64,000 nucleotides of DNA, from positions 103,912,001 to 103,976,000 of the forward strand of contig NC_043004.1 in assembly GCF_006345805.1 (NCBI RefSeq), written 5' to 3'. Under the pieces are notes generated by a model that worked only from the letters and a program-made list of their open reading frames with translations, had not been told where the DNA came from and did no database searches. This DNA comes from Octopus sinensis (lineage: Eukaryota). Made by a program: the position numbers and the translations under genes. Shown here one piece after another: positions 52,169 through 64,000 of the stretch; the first letter of the stretch is position 1; the number at the start of each line of letters is the position of its first letter.

Positions 52169-52267
52169 TGTATGTATGTATGTATGTATGTATGTATGTA
52201 TGTATATGTGTGTGTGTGTGTATGTATGTATTATGTATGTATGTATGTATGTATGTATGTATGTATA

Positions 52268-52298
<31 letters not shown>

Positions 52299-53514
52299 AT
52301 GTATGTATGTATGTATGTATGTATGTATGTATGTACCCTGCGGGATGAAAAACAAAACCCGTCAAAGGGCGAAGGAACTCTTGAGAGTCAACGGCCATCC
52401 AATAAATGTCTTAAGGCTGTATCATGCGTGGGGACATAGAAATAATCGGACTGAATACCCGGTCGCGCGGTTAAACCATTGGCAGTGAAGGACTCCTAGC
52501 CTTTGTTAGGGCATCCTTTTAGGAGAAGGTAACTCAGGTAACTGGGATAACTTCGACATAAAACCTGTGGCTCAGTGGTTACCGATGACGTTGACTTGTT
52601 CTTCTTTTCGGATTATGGCTGCTGTTGCTTAGTTAGTGGGATTGACTCAGTGCACAACCTTTCCTCACTTAAAAAAAAAATCTTCTTGCACAGGCATTGC
52701 GCGATAGCAACATTGATTAAGCTTCGTGCAATGGCCATACTCGATAACGAGGGGGCAGCCACAATGTATGTATGTATGCATGTATGTATGTATGTAGTCT
52801 AGCTGTCACATGAGGGTTATGGCGGTCGTTTCGGCAGTCTGTAATGGGGATCGAAATGACTGGTTTCATTATCATATGACAATTCATCGGGGGCCACTTG
52901 CCTAATTTTACAGAAATGCTAAATACATAGAGATAATATTGATTATATTTATTTATGAGTTCATCTGCGATGTGGAAGGCTTACCCTAATATTTAGGGCT
53001 CTTGCTCTTCGTCTAACAGTGAAGAAAAATGATTGAGAAAGGTGCGTGGTTACTTGGAATGTAGAATAATATATGGGAAGAAACTGTCATGAAGGAATAG
53101 CGTTGGAATGAGAGTAGAGGGAGAGGTAGGTCGTGTGAGAGAGCAGGAATGCTTCACGTGATGAGATGCTACTCCATCAATAATACACGTAGCCTTCTTT
53201 GTCACTGATTTATGCATCACGTCCAGGATAACACTGTACAGTCAATTGTGAACCATGTTAAGCTTATCACGGATTAATCTGTGATAACACGGGTCGGCGA
53301 TCAGTAGAAGATGCTACCTGTACCGTAAAAAGACGCTCCAGGGACTAGCCACAATGCGTAGGTACATAGAATTCCATTAACTATTGCTTGTGTTTACATG
53401 ACTGTCCTGCGAAGCTGCTTGGTTTTCTTTGGGGGAGAGGGTTTCCTTATACACGGATTTAAGTACTTGTGCCCATCAACACGGAGCCAGTGAATAGGCA
53501 AAATACAAAGTTGC

Positions 53515-53665
53515 TTGATCCCAGCAAACGACGCAAAAGGACATATTCTCTACAGGACAATCAAAAGGGATCAATAAAATTTGTGATGGTGGCAGTTTCG
53601 CTGCTGTGTGCCGCGAATTTTGTGTCAATTCATCTACTAATCGTTCCATTTACAAAGTGTGTGGT
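53515..53665 (+). pseudogene. Possible Tigger/pogo transposase N-terminal HTH relic
   Basis: With one frameshift: PSKRRKRTYSLQD...DGGSFAAVCREFCVNSSTNRSIYK, similar to the KRK..TL..K...S.AAVAR.F.VN.ST.RSI.K pattern. Confidence 0.45.
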
Positions 53666-54249
53666 GATGATTCACTTATCATTGGTTCTGTTAGTGTATT
53701 TTTTCTGGAACCAAACCTTTGTGATAAATGGGGATAGCTCTTATTGCACGATAACGGTAACACGCTCGACCCGACCGAACCGAGACAACTTTGGAGAGAA
53801 TTAGAGGAACCAAAGAATTGAAGAAGTAAAATAGAAACAATAGCAACAGAAAAGACAAGGAATTTAAATTAAGTTGGAAACAAGAAAAATTGATGAGTCT
53901 GGTCGCAAATACTTCTTTTAAATAATAGACACAATTTCAGTATTGAATTTCTATTCAGTGTTTGGTAAAAGCCATTTCAGAAAGGAATGACATTGACTGA
54001 ATCGCTGGCACATCGATTTAGTGGTACCTGTTGCAGTCCTTTACGTTCTGGGTCCAAATAATGTCGAGGTCAACTCTTTCCCTATCTCAGAAGTGGCCGA
54101 GTTCTACTTAACTATTCATTCTTCCAAGATCGGTAAAAATAAAGAACTAGCTCAAGGAAGCGAGCTAGCAAAAATATTTTGAGCGTCGGAAAAAAAAAAT
54201 GCATTGCGTCATCATCATCATCATTATCATCATCATTATTATTGTTACT

Positions 54250-54882
54250 AAGGCAACGAGCTGGCAGTATCGTTAGCGGCATTTCGTCCGTCTTGACATT
54301 TTGAGTTCAAAGGTCGACTTTACCTTTTATCCTTTTGGAGTAGATAAATTAAGTATCTGTTGAGTACTGGGGTTGATGTAATGGACTTACCATTGCCCCA
54401 AAATTTCAGGCCTTGTGCCTGTAGTGGAAAGGATTACTATTATTATTAAAGCGAGCTGGCAGAATCATTAGCACGCCAGGCAAAATTTCTAGCAGTATTT
54501 CGTCCGTCTTTATGTTCTGAGTTCAAATCCCGTCCAGCTCTACTTTACCTTTCCTTTCGGGATCGATAAATAAGTACCAGTTGAGCACTGTGGTCGATGT
54601 AAGCGACTTAGTCCCTCCCCACAAATTTCAGGCCTTCTGCCTATAGTATAAAAAAATTATTATTATTAAGGTGAGCTGGCAGAAACGTTAGCACGCCGGT
54701 CAAAATGCTTAGCGGCATCACGTCCGTCCTTACGTTTCTAAGTTCAAATTCTGCCGATGTCGACTTTGCCTTTCATCTTTTCGGGGTCGATAAATTAAGT
54801 ACCAGTTGAGTACTGGGGTAGATCTAAGCGACTGCACCCCACCTCCACCAAAATTTCAGGTCTTGAGCCTATAGCAGAAAGG

Positions 54883-54917
<35 letters not shown>

Positions 54918-55490
54918 GGCGAGTTGGCAGAATCGTTAGCACGCCGGACAAAATGCTTAGCGGCGTCACGTCCGTCCTTATCTTCTGAGTTTAAATTCCG
55001 CCGAGGTCAAACTTTGCCTTTTATCCTTTCGAGGGTCAATAAATTAAGTACCAGTGAAACACTGGGGTCGATGTAATCGACTAGTCTCCTCTCCCACAAA
55101 ATTTCAGACCTTGTGCCTTTAGTAGAAAGGATAATAATAATAATTATAATTATTGCTTAGCGTCATTTCCTTTGTCTTTATATTCTGAGGCCAACTATGC
55201 CTATCATCCTCTGGGGGTCGATAAAATAAAGTACTAGTCAAGTACTGAGGTCAGTTGTATCGACTACACCCTCCCCTAGAAAACTGCTGGTCTTGTGCCT
55301 GAATCAGAAATCCTTATAATAATGACGGCGGATTGGCAGAATCGTTAGCGCGTCGGAAAAAAATAGCTGGTGGCATTTGTTCTGGTTCTTTGCCTTCTGA
55401 GTTCCAATCCTGGTAAGGGTAATTTTGCCTTTCGTCCTTTTGGAGTCAATAAAATAAAGAACGAGTGTACTGGCATAGATGTGGCAACAT
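54250..55490 (+). mobile_element. Head-to-tail array of six diverged A2/A3 SINEs separated by (ATT)n
   Basis: Units start near 54250, 54448, 54668, 54916, 55155 (headless) and 55326. Confidence 0.88.
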
Positions 55491-55764
55491 TTGAAATTTT
55501 GTCGAGGTAAATGCAGCTGATGAAGACTAATCAAATTTACGGTGTCAAACGTATTTGAAGAGTCAGAAACCGGCCCTGCATTATCCGGATCTAGGTTGTC
55601 CATTTATCGAATGTTCTTCCTAGAGGTAAGACAAATTTTTTTCATATTTGTTGCACACAAACATCTTTGTTAGTATATACGCAGTGAAGCTTTGCAATAG
55701 CGTCGTATTTATTACGATTGCTATTTTCCAGTAAATATTGGTGCCTTGTTGTGCCATTTATCTA

Positions 55765-55858
<94 letters not shown>

Positions 55859-55889
55859 ATATATACATACATACATACATATATATATG

Positions 55890-55927
<38 letters not shown>

Positions 55928-56005
55928 TACATACATACATACATATATATATATATATAATATATATATATAATATATATATATATATAATATATAATAT
56001 ATAAT

Positions 56006-56036
<31 letters not shown>

Positions 56037-56409
56037 TCGTTTTGCAAGCTTCTTAATGTGAATTCGTATGTTGAAACAGATATTGTTGTATTTGGGGATA
56101 GCCATCTGCCAGTTTAGCCAAAAAAAAAATACACACGCACATACGCACCATATATATAGTGCGTGTGTTTTTAATGACTAAACTGGCAACGTGACTATCC
56201 CCAAATACAGCAATATATATATATATATTCTATTTGTTCGTCTGCCGTAAGGCATTATTTTCCAAATACGCCAGCTAAGCTAAGTTGAACTGTCTAAAGT
56301 CGAAAGACACCTGTTGTCTTTGTCCCGTTATTATTAGTATTGTTTTTTGTATTTATATTCGTGTGGCATCGTTCGTTTTTCTGTCCTTGTTTCGTATACA
56401 TTCGATCCT

Positions 56410-56585
56410 TTTTCCAAGAAATCTAATGCTCGTAGCTTAGTTTTTCCTTGGGGCTGGCCGGATCGGAGCGATCTCAAGATTAATCAGCCGAAATTGCGAG
56501 GATGATCCGGTTCTTGACTGAAGATTAGAGGCTTCGAATGACCCGTCCGTTTTTTTTTTGTATCGTCTTCTGGATGTTTTGCGTT
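56410..56585 (+). repeat. Unclassified ~170-bp dispersed repeat (also 60360-60485 on + and 40860-41010 on -)
   Basis: Shared ctcaag..taatcagccgaaattgcgagga..atc.gg..cttgactgaaga...cttcgaatgacc. Confidence 0.6.
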
Positions 56586-57010
56586 CTTGCCCTATTTTGT
56601 ATATATATATATATATATATATATAAACACACGACCGGCTTCTTTCCGTTTTCGTCTACCAAATCCACTCGCAAGGATTTGGTCAGCCCGAGTCTATAGC
56701 AGAAGACACTTGCTCGAGGTACAAGGCAGTGGGACTGAATCCAGACTCAAGCTTCTTTTCACACGGCCAAGACTGTATATTTTTTCTATCATTTTTATAA
56801 TTTATACATATTGATTTTATCATAAATGCAAAACGACATCACGGAGGAATCGACGTAAGCTTAAATAATAAGCCGTGATAGGTAAAACGCGATAAGTCAA
56901 TCGCGATTGGTGGACCGTGATATTGCGAGGGATTATTTCATATGTATTTTCTAATTTTAACTTGTGTCGTCGGAGTATTAGTTTACATGTGTATGAGTGA
57001 GTGTGTGTGG

Positions 57011-57049
<39 letters not shown>

Positions 57050-57195
57050 GAGACAGAGACAGAGGGAGAGACTGTGTGTGAGTACGTATAGGTGTGAGTG
57101 TGAGTTTATGAATGACGTCTCTATACCCGCTATCTCTCTCTTTCTCCCTCTTTCTCTCTCTTTCTCTCCTTTTCCTCTCTCCTTCTTTCTCTCAC

Positions 57196-57240
<45 letters not shown>

Positions 57241-57354
57241 GAATGTATGTGTGCGTGTGTGTATGCATTTATGTATGTGTAAAGGAAAAGAAAGTCGGAA
57301 CGGCACATACAATGGCATCTCTGTCTGATGTGAAGTCGAGAATTTGTAACTACA

Positions 57355-57990
<636 letters not shown>

Positions 57991-59129
57991 ATGATAACGG
58001 CGCTAAATATCTTCGGGATTCGCTGCTTCAGTCGTTGTCACTTGTAGTAAATAATTCTCGTTATAATAGATATGATAACAAGTAACACTTCTCCTCGCCT
58101 TCTTTCCTTCTTCCTCTTCTTCTTTCTAAGTAGCTCTTTTCCTGTATTCGGAAACCCATTTCATTTTCTTTTTGCACATTTTTTTTCATCATTTTTCCAT
58201 TTTTTTCTTTTTTTTTGGGAGGGAAAAGATAGTGTATAGCATACTTCTGCGTATGTGCATGTGTGTGCACGAGTGTGTGTAGTCCTGTCGACATACAAGA
58301 CACTTCTGATCTCGTCTGCCTTGCCTACTTCGCCGCCAGTAATTCTCTCTCTCCCCCTCTCTCTCAACTCACTCTCTTGCTCTCATACCCTCTCTCCCTT
58401 TGTCCCCTCTCTCTCTCTCTCTTTGTCTCAACCGTCATCTCCAGTCCACTTGGCAACATTTCCGTTTCTCAAACAAACCACGTGTTTATCCGTGCCACGA
58501 TTGAACCTACTTAGTGGCAGATATTTTTGTAATCGCATCTTCATTTTTTCGTATTTCTTTTGTTCTTTTTCTTGTTGCATGTTTTTGTAATTATTTTTCT
58601 TTTAGTGATTTTGGAGGGGGTTTTTTTGTTGCCCTCCCAATTTTTTTTCAATTGCGAAGAAGGCAACGAAGACGACGCCTGTGATGATGATGATGGTGAT
58701 GATAATGAGGAAGAGGAGGCGACGACGACGATGATGATGATGTTGATGATGTTGATGATGGAAGTGCGACACAAAGAAGTGTCAACTTCTTAAGTGAAAG
58801 TGATACTTCAGAATTCCTCATTCCATTAATAAGGTCAGAAATTGGTTAGTGTGGTGTCTTATTGGTGGTGAGGCGGCAGCGATGGGGGGTGGGTGGCCTA
58901 ATTGTGGTAGTCATGATTTGGTGGTGCAGTGTCTTGATAGCCTGTGAGGCGGTGGCGTCGGGTCTTTTTAGTAGTCAAACCGTGGTGTAGCGTCTTATTT
59001 TTGATGAAGTGGTGATATAGTGTCTTGCCAATGGTGAGGTGGTTGTTTGGTACCTTGTTAAGGATGAAGGTCCTCAACCCAAGATCAGGATGAAGTGACC
59101 TTATACAGGCACCATGGCTCCAAACAGGT

Positions 59130-60300
59130 TCAGCAACCTTACTCTGATACTTCTACCACACCAAACTGACAGAAGCTCGAGAAAGCCATTATCATTGGAC
59201 GTACCGTTTCTCTCTCTCTTTACTCTTTTACTTGTTTCAGTCATTTGACTGTGGCCATGCTGGAGCACCACCTTTAGTCGACCAAATCGACCCCAGGACT
59301 TATTCTTTGTAAGCCTAGTACTTATTCTATCGGTCTCTTTTGCCGAACCGCTAAGTTACGGGGACGTAAACACACCAGAATCGGTTGTCAAGCGATGTTG
59401 GGAGAACAAACACAGACACTCAAACATATACACACACATACACATATATATACATATATACGACGGGCTTCTTTCAGTTTCCGTCTACCAAATCCACTCA
59501 CAAGGCTGTGGTCGGCCCGAGGCTATAGCAGAAGACACTTGCCCAAGGTGCCACGCAATGGGACTGAACCCAGAACCATGTGGTTGGTAAGCAAGCTACT
59601 TACCACAAAGCCACTCTTGCGCCTTTCGTTGAGCCTTTTCGTGTTTGCAATGGTCATGATGGTAAAGTCGATTAAAGTGCAATGCAGAGGGCCGCTCACT
59701 GTGCCAAGTGTCTGGCAGCCCATCCCATTACGTTTTTATAATCTTACTGCAACAACAACATCAGTCTTGAGAAACAAGAGGATCATGAGGAATTTATGAA
59801 TAGGGCTACTTGGAGTTTCAGCCCAACCAAATCCAGATTTCTTGTGCTGAAAAAGAGGAAGGTCGGTAGGAAGGGCGACAGGAAGTTGCTAACATACAGA
59901 TACCATCCGATGCAGAGAATTCAGTGAGAATCAAGTAAGAGTGTTTGATTTCAGTCCGAAGAACACAGCATTCATTCGTGTGACTGAAGATTGGCTGTCT
60001 ACTGCGGACAAGTCAGACAAAGTCGGCAAGTTTAAGGTCAGGATTTACCACTATAGAAGGGTTCCAGGGATTCTTTCGTGGACGAATGCTATTTCGCGGT
60101 TCCACCGTCTACAATAGAGGACTTTGAAAGGTGAGTCAGCAAGTCCTTACGGAAATGGCTTGGAATTGCTCGTAGCCTGAGAACCGACTTCAGCTGTGGG
60201 CAGAATAACGAGTTGAGGATCTCCCTTACCAGTTCGAAATAAGAATTTGTGTAGCTCGTAGTGGGAAGGTGCTACAATGCAAATATTTCTGCGACCTCCT
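59130..60300 (+). mobile_element. Fossil Hero-like (R2 group) non-LTR retrotransposon RT region, split by SINE B
   Basis: QKLEKAIIIGRTVS | SLFVFAMVMMVKSIKVQCRGPLTVPSVWQPIPLRFYNLTATTTSV...SFSPTKSRFLVLKKRKV...WLSTADKSDKVGKFKVRIYHY...VPPSTIEDFER.VSKSLRKWLGIARSL. These follow the Hero motifs I recall (LEKGIITGCTISV; VECRGP; AFMDDLTVTT; SFKP.KSRSLVLKKGKV; VDKSGLPGKFKAWIYQH; LRRWLGLPRSL). Confidence 0.75.
59211..59623 (-). mobile_element. SINE family B, full length, inserted in the Hero-like relic
   Basis: Full reverse-complement B. tttc flanks both sides, and removing the SINE restores the frame TVS-LSLF. Confidence 0.92.
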
Positions 60301-60492
60301 GATCTCTTAAGCTGGTAATGAGATCACGATGGTATGGAAGCGCAAAGCGGCAAGGACTGCTGGAGCAATCTCAAGAATAATCAGCCGAAATTGCGAGGAT
60401 AATCTGGTGCTTGACTGAAGAAAGAAAACTTCGAATGACCTGGCCTTGTTTTCTTTGTATCGTCTATCTGGATGTTTTTTTGTCCCATTTCG

Positions 60493-60555
<63 letters not shown>

Positions 60556-60927
60556 GCGGCATAAGTACACTTTGGTCTCTTATATGTAAGTATATATTTG
60601 TCTGAATCTTGTACGACTCTTTTTCTGTCTGTCAGCCCTTTCACGCTTATTCGTTCATTCCACTCTTCGTTCTTTCGTTTCCCTTCTCTCACATTTCTTT
60701 ACTTTCTCTTCTTACTCACTTTCCCTCCACTTTTCACTTCACTGTGTCCCTGTCATATATTTCTCGCCCTTCCTTAATTCTTCTGTCCCTCTACTTCTAC
60801 TTCTCTCTCTTCTCTTCCCCTCCTTAATTCTTCTGTCCCCCTGCCTCTATTTCTCTCTCTTCTCTTCCCACGTGACCGATCGGTCAAGCCTGCTCTTTCT
60901 TTCTTGCTCTGACCGAGATCGAGCAGG

Positions 60928-60976
60928 CTTAATTGATGAGGCAACGGAAATTGCCGAAACTGATGTCAGCATTAAG
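60928..60976 (+). ncRNA. Type I hammerhead motif with two core substitutions
   Basis: cttaa-tTGATGA-ggcaa cggaaa ttgcc-GAAA-ctgatgtcag-cA-ttaag. Confidence 0.65.
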
Positions 60977-61200
60977 AATTCTCGATCAGCATTTTTTGGA
61001 CGATTCAGTTCTCCGTTAGTGTATTTGTTTTCATTCTTGTGCGTTGACTATAGCATTAGAGCATTTTAGCTCTTATTTCTAGCAATGTAAGCGTTTCCTA
61101 ACACTCTAGTCACATTTAGTGACAATCATAATTCTCCTTTTTGGCGAATCAATGCAACCTGCTGCTTATACTAATTTTATTTATATATATATATGTGTGT

Positions 61201-61266
<66 letters not shown>

Positions 61267-61460
61267 CGTGTGTGTACATGTATATAACATTAATATAAAC
61301 AGGAGAATTACAATTGTCAATAAATGTGATTAGGGTGTTAAGAAACACCTACATTGCTAGAAATAAGAGCTAAAATACTCTAATGTTGTTAATGCACATA
61401 AATGTAAACATAAGTACTAACAGGGACCCTAATCGTCCGAAAAATGCCGATCGAGAATTC

Positions 61461-61509
61461 CCTAATACTGACGTCAGTTTTGGCAATTTCCCTTGCATCA
61501 TCAGCTAAG
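61461..61509 (-). ncRNA. Type I hammerhead motif with two different substitutions
   Basis: Minus strand: cttag-CTGATGA-tgcaa gggaaa ttgcc-aAAA-ctgacgtcag-TA-ttagg. Confidence 0.65.
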
Positions 61510-62179
61510 ACTGACTCGAAAGTTCAGCTCTTTTCAGACTTGCTTCTCTATTAGTATAAATGTTTTCGTCATCCAAATTAATGGATGATTTAGTGATTTG
61601 CTAATGTGTATACATAAAATTAATTTAAACATCAGTTTAAAATGTTTCATCCATAAAGTATGTGTGTGTGTACATATATATTATATGTATACATATTACT
61701 CACGCACACGTAGATTACTCCTAGACATATTCTCAGGATTAATTTTCGCTAATACATCAGATCAAATTGAGATATTTCTTGCCTTATCAGAAAACACCTA
61801 ATCGTAATTGATGTTGATAAATTACTAGCGAAGCAGACGAAAACGCCGTAAAGTTTAAAAGTTCATTGAAACGCATTCACGTTTATAGCAAATTTGTGAG
61901 AGGAGAAGACAACGAGAGTTCGTTGAGTCGTAAATGGTATGACAATTACGGAATAAAAAGCAAGATGCAATCGTTCGATTTTGATAGAATCTTTATGAAA
62001 CTCAAATTGGTGTTTGCGAAGATAAATTCCTTAACGTTGTTCGTATTAAATACTTAAGCTGTAATTAAGGCATTAATTGATCACTACTTAATCTTCAATT
62101 TATGCCAACATTGTATTATATATTTTCTTTTAGACTTTTTTGATGTGTGTTTTTAAATTTTAGTCAAATGGCTATTCAT

Positions 62180-62455
62180 ATTCAGAGGCGTATACATACA
62201 TACATACATACATACATACATACATACATACATACATACATACATACATACATGCATACATACATACATACATGCACGCACACATACATACATGCACGCA
62301 CACATACATACATACATACATACATACATGCATACATACATACAACATACATACATTCATACATACATACATACATACATGCATACATACATACATACAT
62401 ACATGCACGCACACATACATACATACATACATACATACATACATACATACATACA

Positions 62456-62485
<30 letters not shown>
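62180..62485. repeat. (TACA)n microsatellite
   Basis: Read directly; a similar (TATG)n tract is at 52135-52335. Confidence 0.95.
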
Positions 62486-62486
<1 letters not shown>

Positions 62487-63560
62487 GTAGGTACGAACGA
62501 GAGTGTGCTGAAACACTCCTGGCTTTAAGGCTATCGTGAAAGACCTAGTTGGAGACTCAACCTTCCGAGTTCTTTTACAGGGCTTAGGAAAACTGAAGGA
62601 CCTCTGCAATAATTGTGGGAAACTGAGAGGGGAATATGTTGAAAAAAAATCATAATTAACTGATCCTCATGTATTTTCTTTTACCCAAAATTTTGAAGTT
62701 CAATATGCCCATGATATAAGTTAGCGATATCGACATGAGTTATTCAAATAATTGTTCGTGGAATGGACCTAACAAAATTAGCTAGAGGACATTCGATATT
62801 TCATATTGAAATCTGATGTGACTACTTTTACTTGGATATTGGTCCTACCTTAGATTCGAAATCGAATCTACAATTTCCTCCTAGCCATACGGCCTATTGT
62901 TCTGCACGGCCAAACTGCTGGATCATTCTGTACCAAATTTGACATGAAGGTTTTTTATTACACAGGGAAGGTTCTGGGGTGAGGGTCACTCAATTTTTAA
63001 CTTTTTTTCAAAAACAGAAATATGTTATACATACCTGTCGTATACGTAGGTCTTGTTTCTCCGCTTTAAAGGTAATCGATTCTGACAGAAATAAACATGG
63101 TATAGAATAATTCTTCGTCATACGTCTACGACCCCATCTCTTTTCTTTTTAAAGTAAAGATAGATTCTCTTTAATTGTGATAATGAAAGAAGAGGTTTAG
63201 TCCTTACTGCCCAAATCCATTTCTTTTGGGAAATGTGTGATGATGTCTTCATTCCACGGATCCCTTTAATCCCATCTGACCTCCCTTATGAATTTAAACG
63301 GTTCCAGTTCCCAGCGTGTGTGTGTGTATTAAACAGTATTAAAACTTTAAAAAATCAGTCACTTGTGACACGCGGATATAACTAATTTAAATAATCTTAA
63401 TATTGACTCCTACAAAAATCTAATTAGAAAGGAACTTCAAAGAGACTATAAAGTCATTTCTGATTCAAACCTTAGCAATTGGTACATCAAGTAATGTTAC
63501 ACCGCTATATGTAGTGGCTATTTAAGCATTGAAGTTTTGGATGATTAACAGGTTAGATGG

Positions 63561-63764
63561 CAGAAACGTTAGCGCGCCGGGCAAAATGCTTAGCGGTGTT
63601 TCGTCTGCTGCTACGTTCTGAGTTGAAATTCCGCCGAGGTCGACTTTGCCTTTCATCCTTTCGGGGTCGATAAATTAAGTACCAGTTATGCACTGGGGTC
63701 GATGTAATCGACTTAATCTGTTTGTTTGTCCCCTCTATGTTTATCCCCTTGTGGGTAATAAAGA
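63561..63764 (+). mobile_element. SINE family A1, slightly 5'-truncated, with a 14-bp TSD
   Basis: aacaggttagatgg at 63547-63560 and at 63765-63778. Confidence 0.92.
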
Positions 63765-64000
63765 AACAGGTTAGATGGGTTCTGATGAAGGCGCGAAAAT
63801 TCCCGAAAAGCATAGACACCCATTACCTTTTTTCCATCATTGATCTTATTGCTTGTATCTGATGTCTTGGATACGAAAGATCGTGACAAAATCAGTGCTG
63901 GCTATAATTAATTTCTACAGAAAATCTGTAGAGATGACCTTAACACACCAAACCTTGGAAGAGTGTAAGGTTATCATTCCCCTTAATTTAGAAGACAAAA

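Larger units (their letters stand above)
60925..61515. repeat. Inverted repeat, arms ~205 bp (60925-61130 and 61310-61515), each carrying a hammerhead
   Basis: The reverse complement of the right arm aligns with the left arm (attagag.attttagctcttatttctagcaatgta); the spacer is mostly (TG)n. Confidence 0.85.

Noticed and set aside
55510-55560. Hammerhead at CTGATGAagac...gtcAAAcgTA
   Set aside because: G12 is missing and stem I does not pair; too weak to list.

Overview
This is eukaryotic, repeat-saturated, non-coding DNA with no intact protein-coding gene. Nearly all ORFs in the supplied track are translations of microsatellites ((TA)n, (TG)n, (TATC)n, (TATG)n, (GAT)n, (AAC)n, (ACC)n). The tRNA-derived SINE families resemble those I recall from Octopus (coleoid cephalopod); that assignment is inference, not a database result. 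Manual translation shows decayed transposon coding relics: a CR1 LINE 3' end (1-564), a DD41D (rosa-type) Tc1/mariner with ~150-bp TIRs (5841-7054), a Chapaev3-like transposase split by a Helentron-type HINE (31630-33120), an internally deleted mariner (44522-45367), a Hero-like non-LTR RT split by a SINE (59130-60300), and Tigger/hAT/Helitron-type short elements. Three observations stand out. (1) About ten type I hammerhead-ribozyme motifs from at least five sequence families, mostly the minimal palindromic-stem-III form typical of Penelope-like elements; they include an X-Y-X direct-repeat (retrozyme-like) unit at 13083-13809 and an inverted pair at 60928/61461. (2) A 120-bp CpG-rich block is 100% identical at 27206 and 46096 while its flanks have diverged; it has TATA-like and NRF1-like motifs. 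(3) There are many fold-back structures and SINE tandem arrays. A few possible plus-strand micro-exons are noted at low confidence. Everything was read and aligned by eye; coordinates of degenerate copies are approximate.
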